Positions 32,731-42,296 of a DNA stretch of 64,000 nucleotides are shown piece after piece. Within the stretch, counting starts at the first letter, position 1; each line of letters begins with the position of its first letter. Below the pieces are notes generated by a model, which saw nothing but the letters and a program-made list of their open reading frames with translations, searched no databases and had not been told where the DNA came from. Made by a program: the position numbers and the translations under genes. Source of the stretch: Escherichia phage anhysbys; sequence record NC_052656.1; one strand, 5' to 3'.

Positions 32731-33732
32731 ATGCCAGCAGTAATTTTAGATCAGGTTGTAGATTTCAGCCCTATGATCGAACTTCAGGATTCCCCTGATA
32801 CACTGATTGCCAGCCTGAATCTGTTCAGTGTTGACTATCATTCAACTACCGCTATTGAAATCGGTAAAGAAAAAGCTGAAGATGCTCTGATCTCCGCTCG
32901 TGAGCGTGGTGGTGAGCGTAACTTCCTGAGCATGAAAAATCCAGAACTGAAAGCGTTCCGCATTCCGTTCTTCCCTCTGGATAAAAACATCAAAGCTCAA
33001 GATATTCAATCTTTCCGTAGCTTTGCAATGGCAGGAATCAATGACTCTCTGCGCACAGACGCTGAAGTTGTTAACCGCTATATGTCCCAGATTCTGCGTG
33101 ACGTAGCAAAAACCAAAGAGAAAATCTTTGCAGAAGCAGTTATGGGTCGTGCCTATAACGGCGTAGGTGGTGCAGCTAACTCTGCATACAACTGGTATAC
33201 AGAATGGGGTGCTACCCAGAAATCTGTTGCTGTAGACTTTGCTTCTACCACTGTTTCTCCAGCAGCCACTATCGAGAAAGAAGCTCGTGCTTACATCATC
33301 GATACTAAACAAGATGGCTCTACCGCTACTCGTATCGTAGCTCTGTGTTCTCGTGAATTTTTCGCATCTCTGGTTAACTCTCCATTTGTTCGCCAGGCAT
33401 ATCAGTATTTCCAGGGAACTCCTAACCTTCTGCGTGATCGCCTTAGCGGTAACATGGATGTTCAGGTGTTCGAATGGAACGGTGTAACTTACATTGAAGA
33501 TATCCACGGTAACATCCCTGCTGGTGAAGCATATGTTCTGCCTATGGGTATCGAAGGTATGTTCCAGGCGCACTACGCTCCTGCGGATACTCCAGAACTG
33601 GCTAACACCCAGGCTCGTGAACTGTATACCTTCATGATCAGCCAGCACCGCACTATTCAGCTTCAGTCTGAATTCTCGCTGCTCGCAGTTAACACCCGTC
33701 CAGAACTGGTAGTTAAACTGACTACGGCTTAA
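32731..33732 (+). CDS. major capsid protein
   Basis: 333 aa; strongly host-optimal codon usage (CTG/CGT/GGT); followed by strong terminator; lambda-like order portal-protease-scaffold-decoration-capsid. Confidence 0.7.
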   Translation: MPAVILDQVVDFSPMIELQDSPDTLIASLNLFSVDYHSTTAIEIGKEKAEDALISARERGGERNFLSMKNPELKAFRIPFFPLDKNIKAQDIQSFRSFAMAGINDSLRTDAEVVNRYMSQILRDVAKTKEKIFAEAVMGRAYNGVGGAANSAYNWYTEWGATQKSVAVDFASTTVSPAATIEKEARAYIIDTKQDGSTATRIVALCSREFFASLVNSPFVRQAYQYFQGTPNLLRDRLSGNMDVQVFEWNGVTYIEDIHGNIPAGEAYVLPMGIEGMFQAHYAPADTPELANTQARELYTFMISQHRTIQLQSEFSLLAVNTRPELVVKLTTA

Positions 33733-33751
33733 TAGAACTCTGTTAAGATTA

Positions 33752-33786
33752 GAGGCTCGTCCGTGATGGGCGAGCCTTTTCTGTTT
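33752..33786 (+). terminator. intrinsic terminator after major capsid gene
   Basis: hairpin AGGCTCG...CGAGCCT followed by TTTTCTGTTT. Confidence 0.65.
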
Positions 33787-33816
33787 ACAATAAGAGTTTA
33801 CAACGAGGAGATTGAT

Positions 33817-34161
33817 ATGTCAAACCCAGAATTGAAACGTTACTTTAGTTATCACGAAATGATTCGTGATTTCGAATCGCTTTCACCACTGATCGATGCT
33901 GATAAAACATTAGTATCTGCGCCACCAATGTCTTTCTATCTGAAAGATGGTCGTGTTGCATTAGGTGGAAACTTCATTCACTTCCTCACGCGTTTGAGAG
34001 AAGAAACAGGTATTCTTGTGCATCCTTTTGCAAGTGAAGAACACATGGGTTACTATCTTGTAAGTTACGAAGATTATGCACCTGTAAAAATCAAAGAAGA
34101 AGTTTTAAAAGTAGAAGCGGTAGACACTCCAGCTAAAAAACGTTCCCTTCGTAAAAAATAA
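33817..34161 (+). CDS. head-tail joining protein (putative)
   Basis: start moved to ATG 33817 (GAGGAG RBS) because the ORF-track start overlaps the terminator. Confidence 0.4.
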   Translation: MSNPELKRYFSYHEMIRDFESLSPLIDADKTLVSAPPMSFYLKDGRVALGGNFIHFLTRLREETGILVHPFASEEHMGYYLVSYEDYAPVKIKEEVLKVEAVDTPAKKRSLRKK

Positions 34162-34170
34162 GGTGGGTTT

Positions 34171-34719
34171 ATGCTGAATGCGGTAGAGTTGGCACCACTG
34201 ATCCGAATTCTTGTTTATAACCCTTCTCAAGAAGTATTGCCAGATGCAATGCTGATTCAGATCATCCAAACTTGGATTGATATTATAGGGAATGAAGATA
34301 AGGATAAGTGTGCAGTATTGTGGAACAGCTTGATTTCTGTTTTAGAGTATTTATGGAACAACGATGTTCTTAACAACAGTACTCAAACAGGAGGAGCTAT
34401 GTCCCGCAGAGAGAAGATGGGTGAAGTCGAAGTTGAAGTTAAATTTAACAACGGTCAAGTAACTTATAAGTCTCCGTGGGAAGATATCTATCATAACTAT
34501 TTAAATGGTCTTATGGTCATTCCTGGGTGCACGGCAGGACGAGGGGCAACCAGTAAAGTTCTTATTGGCGGTGTTGATGCTCGTGAGATTGATCGAGTAA
34601 ACAGCGATCCTAACTCTGTGAATGGTCTTGGTAATGTTGCAAGTGTTGATCGTAATACCCGCAACGTTAATTATTTGCGAAATTACGGACCTGTTTCTTT
34701 TTATCGTAGGGACAAATAA
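34171..34719 (+). CDS. head completion/connector protein (putative)
   Basis: position in head-tail junction block. Confidence 0.4.
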   Translation: MLNAVELAPLIRILVYNPSQEVLPDAMLIQIIQTWIDIIGNEDKDKCAVLWNSLISVLEYLWNNDVLNNSTQTGGAMSRREKMGEVEVEVKFNNGQVTYKSPWEDIYHNYLNGLMVIPGCTAGRGATSKVLIGGVDAREIDRVNSDPNSVNGLGNVASVDRNTRNVNYLRNYGPVSFYRRDK

Positions 34720-35207
34720 TGGAAAGTGAGATCTTACCAGGTGACGATACAGATTGGGAAACCATTATCAAAAAGATGATGGACCTTGAACAAGTTCAAA
34801 TCGAAGCTGGTTTTTTAACAAACAAAAGGCATCCTGAATCAGATCTCACTATTCCTGCAATAGCAGCTATTCAACAATATGGTAATGAAACAAATAACAT
34901 ACCTGCTCGCCCTTTTATAACAGATGGTGCTGTTATCTCACAGAACAATATCGCTAAAAAGATGAAGCAGGTGTTTGCAAATTACTTACTGAATAATGTC
35001 GGGTTAGCTGTTTTTGAGCCTATAGCGAGAGCCTCTAGAGAAGGAATAGCTCAAGCGATTGCAATGCAACGTTATCGTCCTTTATCTCCTGTGACAATTA
35101 AGATACGACAAGATAAAGGCAACTATTCTAATCATATCTTAATAGATACGGCACACATGATAAATGCAATCGAAACAAAAATCACAAAAAGCAAGTCTAA
35201 AAAATAA
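34719..35207 (+). CDS. neck/tail completion protein (putative)
   Basis: ATGA overlap with upstream gene. Confidence 0.4.
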   Translation: MESEILPGDDTDWETIIKKMMDLEQVQIEAGFLTNKRHPESDLTIPAIAAIQQYGNETNNIPARPFITDGAVISQNNIAKKMKQVFANYLLNNVGLAVFEPIARASREGIAQAIAMQRYRPLSPVTIKIRQDKGNYSNHILIDTAHMINAIETKITKSKSKK

Positions 35208-35252
35208 CTTGCATAAACTTTGTTTTTGATGTATACTAAAAAGGAGATACAA

Positions 35253-35669
35253 GTGTTACTAGATCAATTTACTCTCCTTGATCTAACTGAATACCAAGGT
35301 CGTAGACGAGTCTACAAAGAGGCCGTTGGTTCAGTTATTGCTAACTTAGAAAGTAGTGTAGAATATGAACCATTTACTATTGAAGCGGCAAGCTTACAAC
35401 CGATATCTGGTAAAACACTGAATGCACTACCCGAAGGTTACAGATCTAAGGCTCAATATAGTTTCTGGACTAAAACAGAAATGAAGGGGTTACAACAAGG
35501 AACAGAACAGTTATCAGATCAAATATTGATAGATGGTAAATGGTATTCTGTTTATTCCCTTAAAGATTGGACCAGAACATCTTTCTTAGTCCATCATCAT
35601 TGTGTTGCAATATTAGACGATCAAAACAACTCCTGGTCTTATGGAACAGAAGGAGGAAACTTTGGCTAA
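35253..35669 (+). CDS. hypothetical structural protein
   Basis: GTG at 35253 with AAGGAG 6 nt upstream; ORF-track start 35220 is a TTG without RBS. Confidence 0.4.
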   Translation: MLLDQFTLLDLTEYQGRRRVYKEAVGSVIANLESSVEYEPFTIEAASLQPISGKTLNALPEGYRSKAQYSFWTKTEMKGLQQGTEQLSDQILIDGKWYSVYSLKDWTRTSFLVHHHCVAILDDQNNSWSYGTEGGNFG

Positions 35670-36300
35670 TATTTACCAACAAATAGAAGCATACGAAAAT
35701 GCCATCTACTTAAATATAGGTGGCTTCCTTCAAGAATTAGTGGGGTTGCCAGTCTATGTTATGGATAAGCCATTCATTAAACCGGATACTCCTTACCTAG
35801 CACTACGTATTATCACTTCCAGCGATTCTGGAGGTTGGTCTTACCGAAGCTCTATTCAAAATGATATGTATTCCTACGAGATGGATAATACCTACGAGAT
35901 TGAACTTGTAGCCTATCGTGGAAGACCTACCACTTTGATGAGCTATGTTCTGGCTGCTCTCCGTGGTGCAGAGGAATTAAAATACAAACATCTCTATTCT
36001 AAAGGTCTTGGTTTTTTAGGAGCCTCCAATATAGCTCAAGCCAATACAATTGTAGACGGAGATAAGACTGAATTAAGAGCGCGTATGGTTATGACGTTCA
36101 ACACTCGTATGAGTATTGAAGATATTGCTACTACACCAATAGAAGCAATCAACATGCACATCCGTTCATTCAGAGATAGTTACAATGATCCTATCCCTTT
36201 AGATTTAATTCTAAACAGGGTTTATGCAATTACTTTGGTTCCAGGCGAATACTCGTCAGTCAATCAAAATGGATCATTATTTAACAACCCTACCGAATAA
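35641..36300 (+). CDS. tail terminator/neck protein (putative)
   Basis: 219-aa ORF; alternative TTG start at 35663 has AGGAGG 5 nt upstream. Confidence 0.4.
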   Translation: MEQKEETLANIYQQIEAYENAIYLNIGGFLQELVGLPVYVMDKPFIKPDTPYLALRIITSSDSGGWSYRSSIQNDMYSYEMDNTYEIELVAYRGRPTTLMSYVLAALRGAEELKYKHLYSKGLGFLGASNIAQANTIVDGDKTELRARMVMTFNTRMSIEDIATTPIEAINMHIRSFRDSYNDPIPLDLILNRVYAITLVPGEYSSVNQNGSLFNNPTE

Positions 36301-36334
36301 ACTCATTGGAATTAAGTTTCTAACAGGAGCATAA

Positions 36335-37708
36335 ATGGCAACTTTTCGTGAAAAGGTAGCAACCGTAACTTTACTGTATGGTGCTACATCAATTCGTGAA
36401 ACCCAGTTCGATATTCCCCTGATCCTTACAGGTCAGAACGTAACTGGCGAAGCGATTCAATATTACTCTTCTTCCGATGCACTTTTGGAAGCAGGTTATG
36501 GATTAAATGATCCAGCGTATATTATGGCAGTCAAACTGTTTAACGGTTTGTTCCCACCAGATCAAGTCATGGTTGGTAAGCGTGAAGTTACAAACTTTAC
36601 TCTAACTCCAATCGTAGAAGATAGTGCAACTTACACAATTACCATCAAAAATGGTACCAAGAAAAAAGAATTTAAATTCATTGCTGATGACACTGCAACT
36701 GCACAAGAGATTGTAGTTGGTCTGACTGAAATGATCAATGCAGATCTTGTTTATGGCCCACTGTTTACAGTAGCTAACAACGGCGCTGCAATGACTTTCA
36801 CTCCAGTAGAAGGTAAGTTTGGTTCTATTGACAGCACAGGTTTCACTCAAGAAACTGTCTATGCTAATGCTATTACGGAAGATATTGCTGCTCTGCATGA
36901 TATTGATAGTAGCTGGTTCTGGACCCTTTCAGATTCCCATGAAACAGAAGATGTTCTAGCTTTGGCTGCATGGGTAGAAGAGAATGATAAAGTTTACTTC
37001 TTCTCTAGCTCTGAACCTGGAATTAAAACGAAAGCAGAAGATAACGTTCTGGAACGACTGAATGACCTCGGTTATAATAACACTTGCTTTGCTTTGTGGA
37101 TGACCGATGCAGATTCTGTATTCCCAGAAGCGGCAGTTGTTGGTGCAATCTGTTCTCGTCAACCTGGTTTAACTACTCTTCACGGTAAAACACTGGTAGG
37201 TGTAGAGATCGAGAAACTGGATCAGACTTCGGAAAACAATATTGTTCAACAGAACGGTAACATCTATCGTAAAGAGCATGGAACTCTGTTCTATCGTGAT
37301 GGATTGATGGTTAGCGGTTTCTTTGTTGACTATGTTGTTCATGCTTTGTGGTTTAAAGCTCGCACAGAAGAATCACTGTTTACACTGTTTAAACAACAGT
37401 CTATGCTGGGTGGTGGTGTTCGTGCTACTTCAAACGGTCTGGCTTTGATTCGACAAGCTGTTCTGGCTAACCCGATCCAAGTAGGTATCCTCAACGGTTC
37501 CATCGCTAATGAAGTTGTTACTTCTGAAGAGACTGGTTTGCGTGTCGATCTGAAACCTATTGTTTATATTCCTTCTCGTGCCGATATGACTGATGCGCAA
37601 ATCAATGCTCGTCTGGTCGATGGGATGAAGATTGAATATGTTTACGCTGGCTTCTTCCATTACGTTAAAGTTCAGGTCAACGTCCTGACTAACCGTACTG
37701 CAAACTAA
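36335..37708 (+). CDS. tail sheath protein (putative)
   Basis: 457 aa followed by a 159-aa tube-sized protein; host-like codon usage; terminator downstream. Confidence 0.55.
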   Translation: MATFREKVATVTLLYGATSIRETQFDIPLILTGQNVTGEAIQYYSSSDALLEAGYGLNDPAYIMAVKLFNGLFPPDQVMVGKREVTNFTLTPIVEDSATYTITIKNGTKKKEFKFIADDTATAQEIVVGLTEMINADLVYGPLFTVANNGAAMTFTPVEGKFGSIDSTGFTQETVYANAITEDIAALHDIDSSWFWTLSDSHETEDVLALAAWVEENDKVYFFSSSEPGIKTKAEDNVLERLNDLGYNNTCFALWMTDADSVFPEAAVVGAICSRQPGLTTLHGKTLVGVEIEKLDQTSENNIVQQNGNIYRKEHGTLFYRDGLMVSGFFVDYVVHALWFKARTEESLFTLFKQQSMLGGGVRATSNGLALIRQAVLANPIQVGILNGSIANEVVTSEETGLRVDLKPIVYIPSRADMTDAQINARLVDGMKIEYVYAGFFHYVKVQVNVLTNRTAN

Positions 37709-37710
37709 TA

Positions 37711-37736
37711 CGGCGGGGGTTAAGCCCCCGTTATCA
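37711..37736 (+). terminator. hairpin terminator/attenuator
   Basis: CGGGGG-TTAAG-CCCCCG hairpin after sheath gene; weak U-run. Confidence 0.45.
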
Positions 37737-37754
37737 AAATAAAGAGGATCTATA

Positions 37755-38234
37755 ATGGATAAAATGCTTACTGGCGTAATGGCCTACGACCCATCTCAAG
37801 TTATCCTTTCATTAGGTGGTTGGGAACCGTGGGGTTTTGCGGCTGATACTAAAATCGTTATTGCTAAATCTAACGATATTATCAACCCTTATTCAGGGAC
37901 TGATGGTGACGTTTCACTAGCTTTGAGTCGTAACCGTTTGGGAACACTCACAATGTCTTTGCAACGCACATCTCCAGCTAACGAAGTACTTGCAACATAT
38001 GCACAAACAATGTATTCTACTCGTCAAGTAGCATTCAGCGTTTACTTGGAAGACCCACGTGGCTATTACATTAGCACGATTGGATGGATTCAAAGTCAGC
38101 CTGAAGATACTATTGGCGAAATGATTACAGAGAACCAATGGGTTATTGGTCTTAAAGATGCAAGCCTTCTGCGTAATGAAGTTGGTGTAGGTTTGAGCAC
38201 CCTTAACTCAATCTCTGCTCTGACAATTCAATAA
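37755..38234 (+). CDS. tail tube protein (putative)
   Basis: 159 aa between sheath and chaperone genes. Confidence 0.5.
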   Translation: MDKMLTGVMAYDPSQVILSLGGWEPWGFAADTKIVIAKSNDIINPYSGTDGDVSLALSRNRLGTLTMSLQRTSPANEVLATYAQTMYSTRQVAFSVYLEDPRGYYISTIGWIQSQPEDTIGEMITENQWVIGLKDASLLRNEVGVGLSTLNSISALTIQ

Positions 38235-38241
38235 TAAATAA

Positions 38242-38262
38242 AGGGCAGAAATGCCCTTTTTA
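38242..38262 (+). terminator. intrinsic terminator
   Basis: AGGGCA-GAAA-TGCCCT followed by TTTTTAT. Confidence 0.7.
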
Positions 38263-38279
38263 TCATTAGAGAGGAAAAT

Positions 38280-38762
38280 ATGTCACAAGAACAAGATAAC
38301 ACAATTCAAAAATATGCTCGACCAGAAGAAGTAGTTGAGATTCCGTTAGATGGAAACAGATCTGTTACTTTCCGTATTATGAAGTGGAGTCCATCTAAAG
38401 TGTTTGACAGGATTCCAGAATTGGGTAGTGTTCTGGTTGTTCCTATGACTATGTACAGCACAGCAACAATGTCCGCAGACGAAGACCTTGAGTCACGTAT
38501 TGCTATGGCACTGATCCAACTTTTTGCAGGTTTGGAAGAAAAGAATTTAACTGTCTTTTTGCGTAAAATTTTAGATGAGGTTTATACTCAAGACGGTTAT
38601 AACGTTGCAGAAAATTTTGATGAATTATTTATGGCTCACCCAGAACTAGTGTTAGATCTTACGGCTAAAGTTCTGGAGGTAAACTACGGCCCTTTTTTCA
38701 AACGAGGTTTCGGAAAACTGTTCACACAGCTTCAGGCGATGACGAGTTTAGCAGCAAATTAA
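38280..38762 (+). CDS. tail assembly chaperone (short, in-frame product)
   Basis: two-ORF arrangement between tube and tape-measure genes. Confidence 0.55.
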   Translation: MSQEQDNTIQKYARPEEVVEIPLDGNRSVTFRIMKWSPSKVFDRIPELGSVLVVPMTMYSTATMSADEDLESRIAMALIQLFAGLEEKNLTVFLRKILDEVYTQDGYNVAENFDELFMAHPELVLDLTAKVLEVNYGPFFKRGFGKLFTQLQAMTSLAAN

Positions 38763-39028
38763 CACCTGCGATTGAACATGCTATCGACACAGCAACGAAA
38801 ACCCTTACTTTGAAGTGGTATGAGGTTATTCTTTGCAAAGTCGTTAAAGATACCTCGGAAACACTGAAAACATTGGATAACTACGGTGTAGATTATCTTT
38901 TAAAACTATATGAGTATTTAACATACGAAGAGTATGTTGAAGCCATGTATGTTAAAGACACTTCAATAAAGAGAAAACATCAAAACCAGACAAATAAAAT
39001 GTCAGATTTGTTTAAGAAACTTGTTTAA
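38280..39028 (+). CDS. tail assembly chaperone, -1 frameshift fusion product
   Basis: slippery heptamer T_TTT_TTC at 38693-38699 in frame 0; the -1 frame is open from 38669 through ORF 38810-39028. Confidence 0.5.
38693..38699 (+). other. programmed -1 ribosomal frameshift slippery site (U UUU UUC)
   Basis: X_XXY_YYZ heptamer inside the overlap of the two chaperone frames. Confidence 0.5.
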
Positions 39029-39048
39029 TCCAACACGAGGAACATACT

Positions 39049-41037
39049 TTGTTAGAAATTAACGCCTCCAAAATTAGTAACGTGGTTACGTTTAAGGTGG
39101 ACAAGAACAGTCTCAAGGAAGCAAAAGATGCCGTGTTGAGTGTTCAGAAGTTTGCAAATAAAATGCAACCCACTATGAACATGACCAAGTTTAGACAACA
39201 AATGAAAGAGATTGAGCGTGAACTTAAGAAAGCTCAAACTCAAAGTCAAAAACCTATGCGAGCACCTACTCCCGCTGGAGCGGGTGCTCCTGTAGGTGGA
39301 TCTGGCAGACCAAGAACTCCTAAAACCCCGCAAGGAAGAGAAGAAGAAAAAGCTCGTAAAGCGGCTGAACGCGAAGCTAAAGCAGCAGCACGTAGGGAAG
39401 ACTTAGGTAATCTTCGTTTGCAAAACTTTAACTACCGAGCAAAAGCGTTTAGTAAAGCCAGCCCTGGCGCTATGCAAGAAGCTAGAGACGTTATGGGTAA
39501 AGCTGTAGAGCAATACAAAAAGGGTGAAATAACTCTTCAACGTATGAACCAAGCTCTTGCTCACCAGTTAGATGCCTTACGCAGATCTCATCGTGAAAAG
39601 AATGCTGAAATAGAAGACGAGGTTCGCGGTCGTCGCCGTATTCGTAGAGAGCTAGAAGCAGAAGCTAAAATGCGTATACGTATGCGAAATCGTGAACTTA
39701 GAGATATAGAACGCAACCGTAAGCGTGAATTAGCTCAACAAAAACGTGATCGTGATCGTCGATATGGACAATTAAAAGAAGGTGCAGCAGGTCTTAATCC
39801 ACGTATGATTGCATCCTCTTTGATAGGTGCTGGGCTGTTTGCAGGTGGTTCTGTAGTTGGTAACACTTTGATGAATACTAACGAAAGAATTAAAATGGTT
39901 AGTCGCGGTGCTGAAAACGTCCAAACAAATGCTAACTCTATTTTAACAATGACCGCATGGGGTGAACAAAACGGTGTAGACTCGGCAAATATTATTAAAG
40001 CAATAGATAACATTAAAGACGTTCGTGAACGTCTAGGTAATACCATGATGAACACCAAATGGAACGCAAAAGAAGGGAAATGGAAAGGTGGTGATAACGG
40101 TATTACTGATATTATGAATGCTTTTGGTTGGAACCCCGATCAAATAAAACATTTGCAAAATGACCCGTTAGCTTTTATCCAAGCCACTGTTAATGAAGGC
40201 GAACGTCGAGGCATGAACTCTGCTCAAATCGGGCGACTTCTTGAAAACCTTGGTGATGACCTTATGCACTACCAACGCATGTTTAGTAAAAATGGCGAAG
40301 GTTACAATGAAACATTGAAAATGCTTCAAAGAACAGGTGCAACATTAACTCAAGAACAAATAGATGCTTCTAAAGAGTTTACTCGTTTTGCTGCAACAGT
40401 TCAGCTTGTAGGTCAAGGTATGCAGAACCACTTCTTAGAGGGTTTTGTGAAAGCGTTACCTAAAGATGATTCTTGGTTGGATAACGTTAAAGTGCTAGAT
40501 CAGTTTGCCAAAGATTTAGGTGAAGAACTCGGTAAGACAACAGTTCAATTAGGAGGTTTTGCTAAAGAATTGGGAGATGGTTTCGGATCTTTTACCAATT
40601 GGCTTAAAGAAACATTCCCAGATACATTCGGAGACAACACAGATCCTAATAAATCTATGGCACAAAAAGCATACGAGGCAACGCAAAGTGGAGACAGCAA
40701 TCCTGTAGCAGATTGGTTGTATAATTTAACAGGTATTGATACACAAGATATTGGTCGTATGTGGAGAGGAGAACAAACAAGGACACGTGCTTTTGGATTT
40801 GGTAATCCTCTTGAAGATTTACGTGAATCAGCCTATACACCTAACGTAAGTTTGGCTCGTAATCAACCTGTTGTTGAGAATACGGTAGCAATACCAAGTG
40901 ATCTTATCAAAGTTACGATCAGTCCTTCTTCCGAGTTTGGAAATATTCTTGATGCAAGAATTCAAAATAGCGGAAATAGCATTTTCCAACGTTTATCTCT
41001 TTCAACTCTAAGTGGACAATCTAACACTGGTGGTTAA
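39049..41037 (+). CDS. tail tape measure protein
   Basis: 662 aa, TTG start; Arg/Lys/Glu-rich coiled-coil N-terminal third; position after frameshifting chaperone. Confidence 0.7.
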   Translation: MLEINASKISNVVTFKVDKNSLKEAKDAVLSVQKFANKMQPTMNMTKFRQQMKEIERELKKAQTQSQKPMRAPTPAGAGAPVGGSGRPRTPKTPQGREEEKARKAAEREAKAAARREDLGNLRLQNFNYRAKAFSKASPGAMQEARDVMGKAVEQYKKGEITLQRMNQALAHQLDALRRSHREKNAEIEDEVRGRRRIRRELEAEAKMRIRMRNRELRDIERNRKRELAQQKRDRDRRYGQLKEGAAGLNPRMIASSLIGAGLFAGGSVVGNTLMNTNERIKMVSRGAENVQTNANSILTMTAWGEQNGVDSANIIKAIDNIKDVRERLGNTMMNTKWNAKEGKWKGGDNGITDIMNAFGWNPDQIKHLQNDPLAFIQATVNEGERRGMNSAQIGRLLENLGDDLMHYQRMFSKNGEGYNETLKMLQRTGATLTQEQIDASKEFTRFAATVQLVGQGMQNHFLEGFVKALPKDDSWLDNVKVLDQFAKDLGEELGKTTVQLGGFAKELGDGFGSFTNWLKETFPDTFGDNTDPNKSMAQKAYEATQSGDSNPVADWLYNLTGIDTQDIGRMWRGEQTRTRAFGFGNPLEDLRESAYTPNVSLARNQPVVENTVAIPSDLIKVTISPSSEFGNILDARIQNSGNSIFQRLSLSTLSGQSNTGG

Positions 41038-41044
41038 TAAAATA

Positions 41045-41067
41045 CCTCGCTTCGGCGGGGTTTTTTC
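41045..41067 (+). terminator. intrinsic terminator
   Basis: CCTCGC-TTCG-GCGGGG followed by TTTTTT. Confidence 0.7.
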
Positions 41068-41075
41068 GTTTCCCT

Positions 41076-41106
41076 TGACACGAAGTTTCTATATGTGTTA
41101 CAATAA
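41076..41106 (+). promoter_or_regulatory. sigma70-like promoter (TTGACA-18-TACAAT)
   Basis: hexamers after the tape-measure terminator; leader contains GGAAGA...TCTTCC hairpin. Confidence 0.5.
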
Positions 41107-41163
41107 TCAATATGGGAAGATCTTGCGTCTTCCTTTTGGCATTATCATTACCACGAGGTTATC

Positions 41164-41871
41164 ATGGCAGCAATGACTCCACAACAGTCGGTGAGAGCCG
41201 TCTACAAGGCAGAACAGGAAATCAACTCTACCGAGAATAAAAATACCTCGGCATCTACCGTAAAGGGTGATAATGGTTTCTGTATTTTAGCAAGTGTTTA
41301 TAATAGTTCAAGCGATCAATACATTCAAAACTTTAAAGCAATTACTTTCGATTCAGTCCCTGAAATAGGTGTAACTCGTGAAGCAGATGTTACAAGTTTT
41401 CCTGTGGAATCAGGATCGGATGTAAGCGATCACGTTCAGATAAAAAATAACAGATTTAAACTTTCAGGTATAATTACCGAAACACCAATTCGACTTATGC
41501 GAGATCAATTATACAGTGCAGGTGTAAATGGAGCGAGGATTTCTCAAGCAATAGAATATCTGGACCAAATATTTGAGTCAAGACAACCAATAGTCCTTTT
41601 GACAGAACACAGAACTTTTGAAAATGTTATTCTCAAAGGCTACTCTTATGATTATAAATCTGAATTTGCTATGCAATTTGATTTAGAGTTCGAACAAATC
41701 CGTCTAGTCTCTAAGGCCACTACTAACGCTATCGCTGTAAAAACAGCACCAAATAAGTCAACTGGTGGTGATGTGAAAGGACAGGTTCCATCTGGCGGTC
41801 CTAAAGTGGATAACCCAATTACAAGAAACACTGCGTCATCTACTGGAACACCAACTAATACGGGGAATTAA
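41164..41871 (+). CDS. tail/baseplate protein (putative)
   Basis: position downstream of tape measure. Confidence 0.4.
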   Translation: MAAMTPQQSVRAVYKAEQEINSTENKNTSASTVKGDNGFCILASVYNSSSDQYIQNFKAITFDSVPEIGVTREADVTSFPVESGSDVSDHVQIKNNRFKLSGIITETPIRLMRDQLYSAGVNGARISQAIEYLDQIFESRQPIVLLTEHRTFENVILKGYSYDYKSEFAMQFDLEFEQIRLVSKATTNAIAVKTAPNKSTGGDVKGQVPSGGPKVDNPITRNTASSTGTPTNTGN

Positions 41872-41873
41872 TA

Positions 41874-42287
41874 ATGGCAACATATTCTAAGACAACCCGA
41901 TCTACAAGCAATTCTGGTTATAGTGCAGTATATTTAGAAGATCATTCAACATACTTTGCATGGTATTTGAAAACAGAGGAATATCCAGACCAAACCTATA
42001 CAGTAACTTTAGATGGTGTTGATTACGATATCCGTTTAAGGTGGAATACAAGAGATGAATCTTGGCAATGCCAAATAGGATTGTCTGGGGGTGATCCAAG
42101 TATAAGTTTCAAAGTTACAAATGGTTTAGATCTTCTTAAACCTTATAAATATCTTGAAAGTGTGCCAGATGGTCAATTGTATATAGTAGATACAGTTAAG
42201 ATTAATGGTCGTCCTGGGTATACAACTACAGGTCGAGATAAACGTTTTGTATTGGTTTATATTGATAATAAACCTAATCAGGCGTAA
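41874..42287 (+). CDS. baseplate assembly protein (putative)
   Basis: 137-aa ORF in baseplate block. Confidence 0.4.
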   Translation: MATYSKTTRSTSNSGYSAVYLEDHSTYFAWYLKTEEYPDQTYTVTLDGVDYDIRLRWNTRDESWQCQIGLSGGDPSISFKVTNGLDLLKPYKYLESVPDGQLYIVDTVKINGRPGYTTTGRDKRFVLVYIDNKPNQA

Positions 42288-42296
42288 GGAGATAAT

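Noticed and set aside
31722-33648. Minus-strand ORFs 31722-32288, 32329-32670, 32842-33648 inside the scaffold/decoration/capsid genes
   Set aside because: Antisense to highly expressed structural genes; Cys/Phe-rich low-complexity translations typical of shadow ORFs.
35209-35237. Near-consensus promoter TTGCAT-17-TATACT upstream of the 35253 gene
   Set aside because: A transcript starting ~7 nt after this -10 would begin inside the AAGGAG Shine-Dalgarno of the downstream gene; kept only as a doubtful motif.
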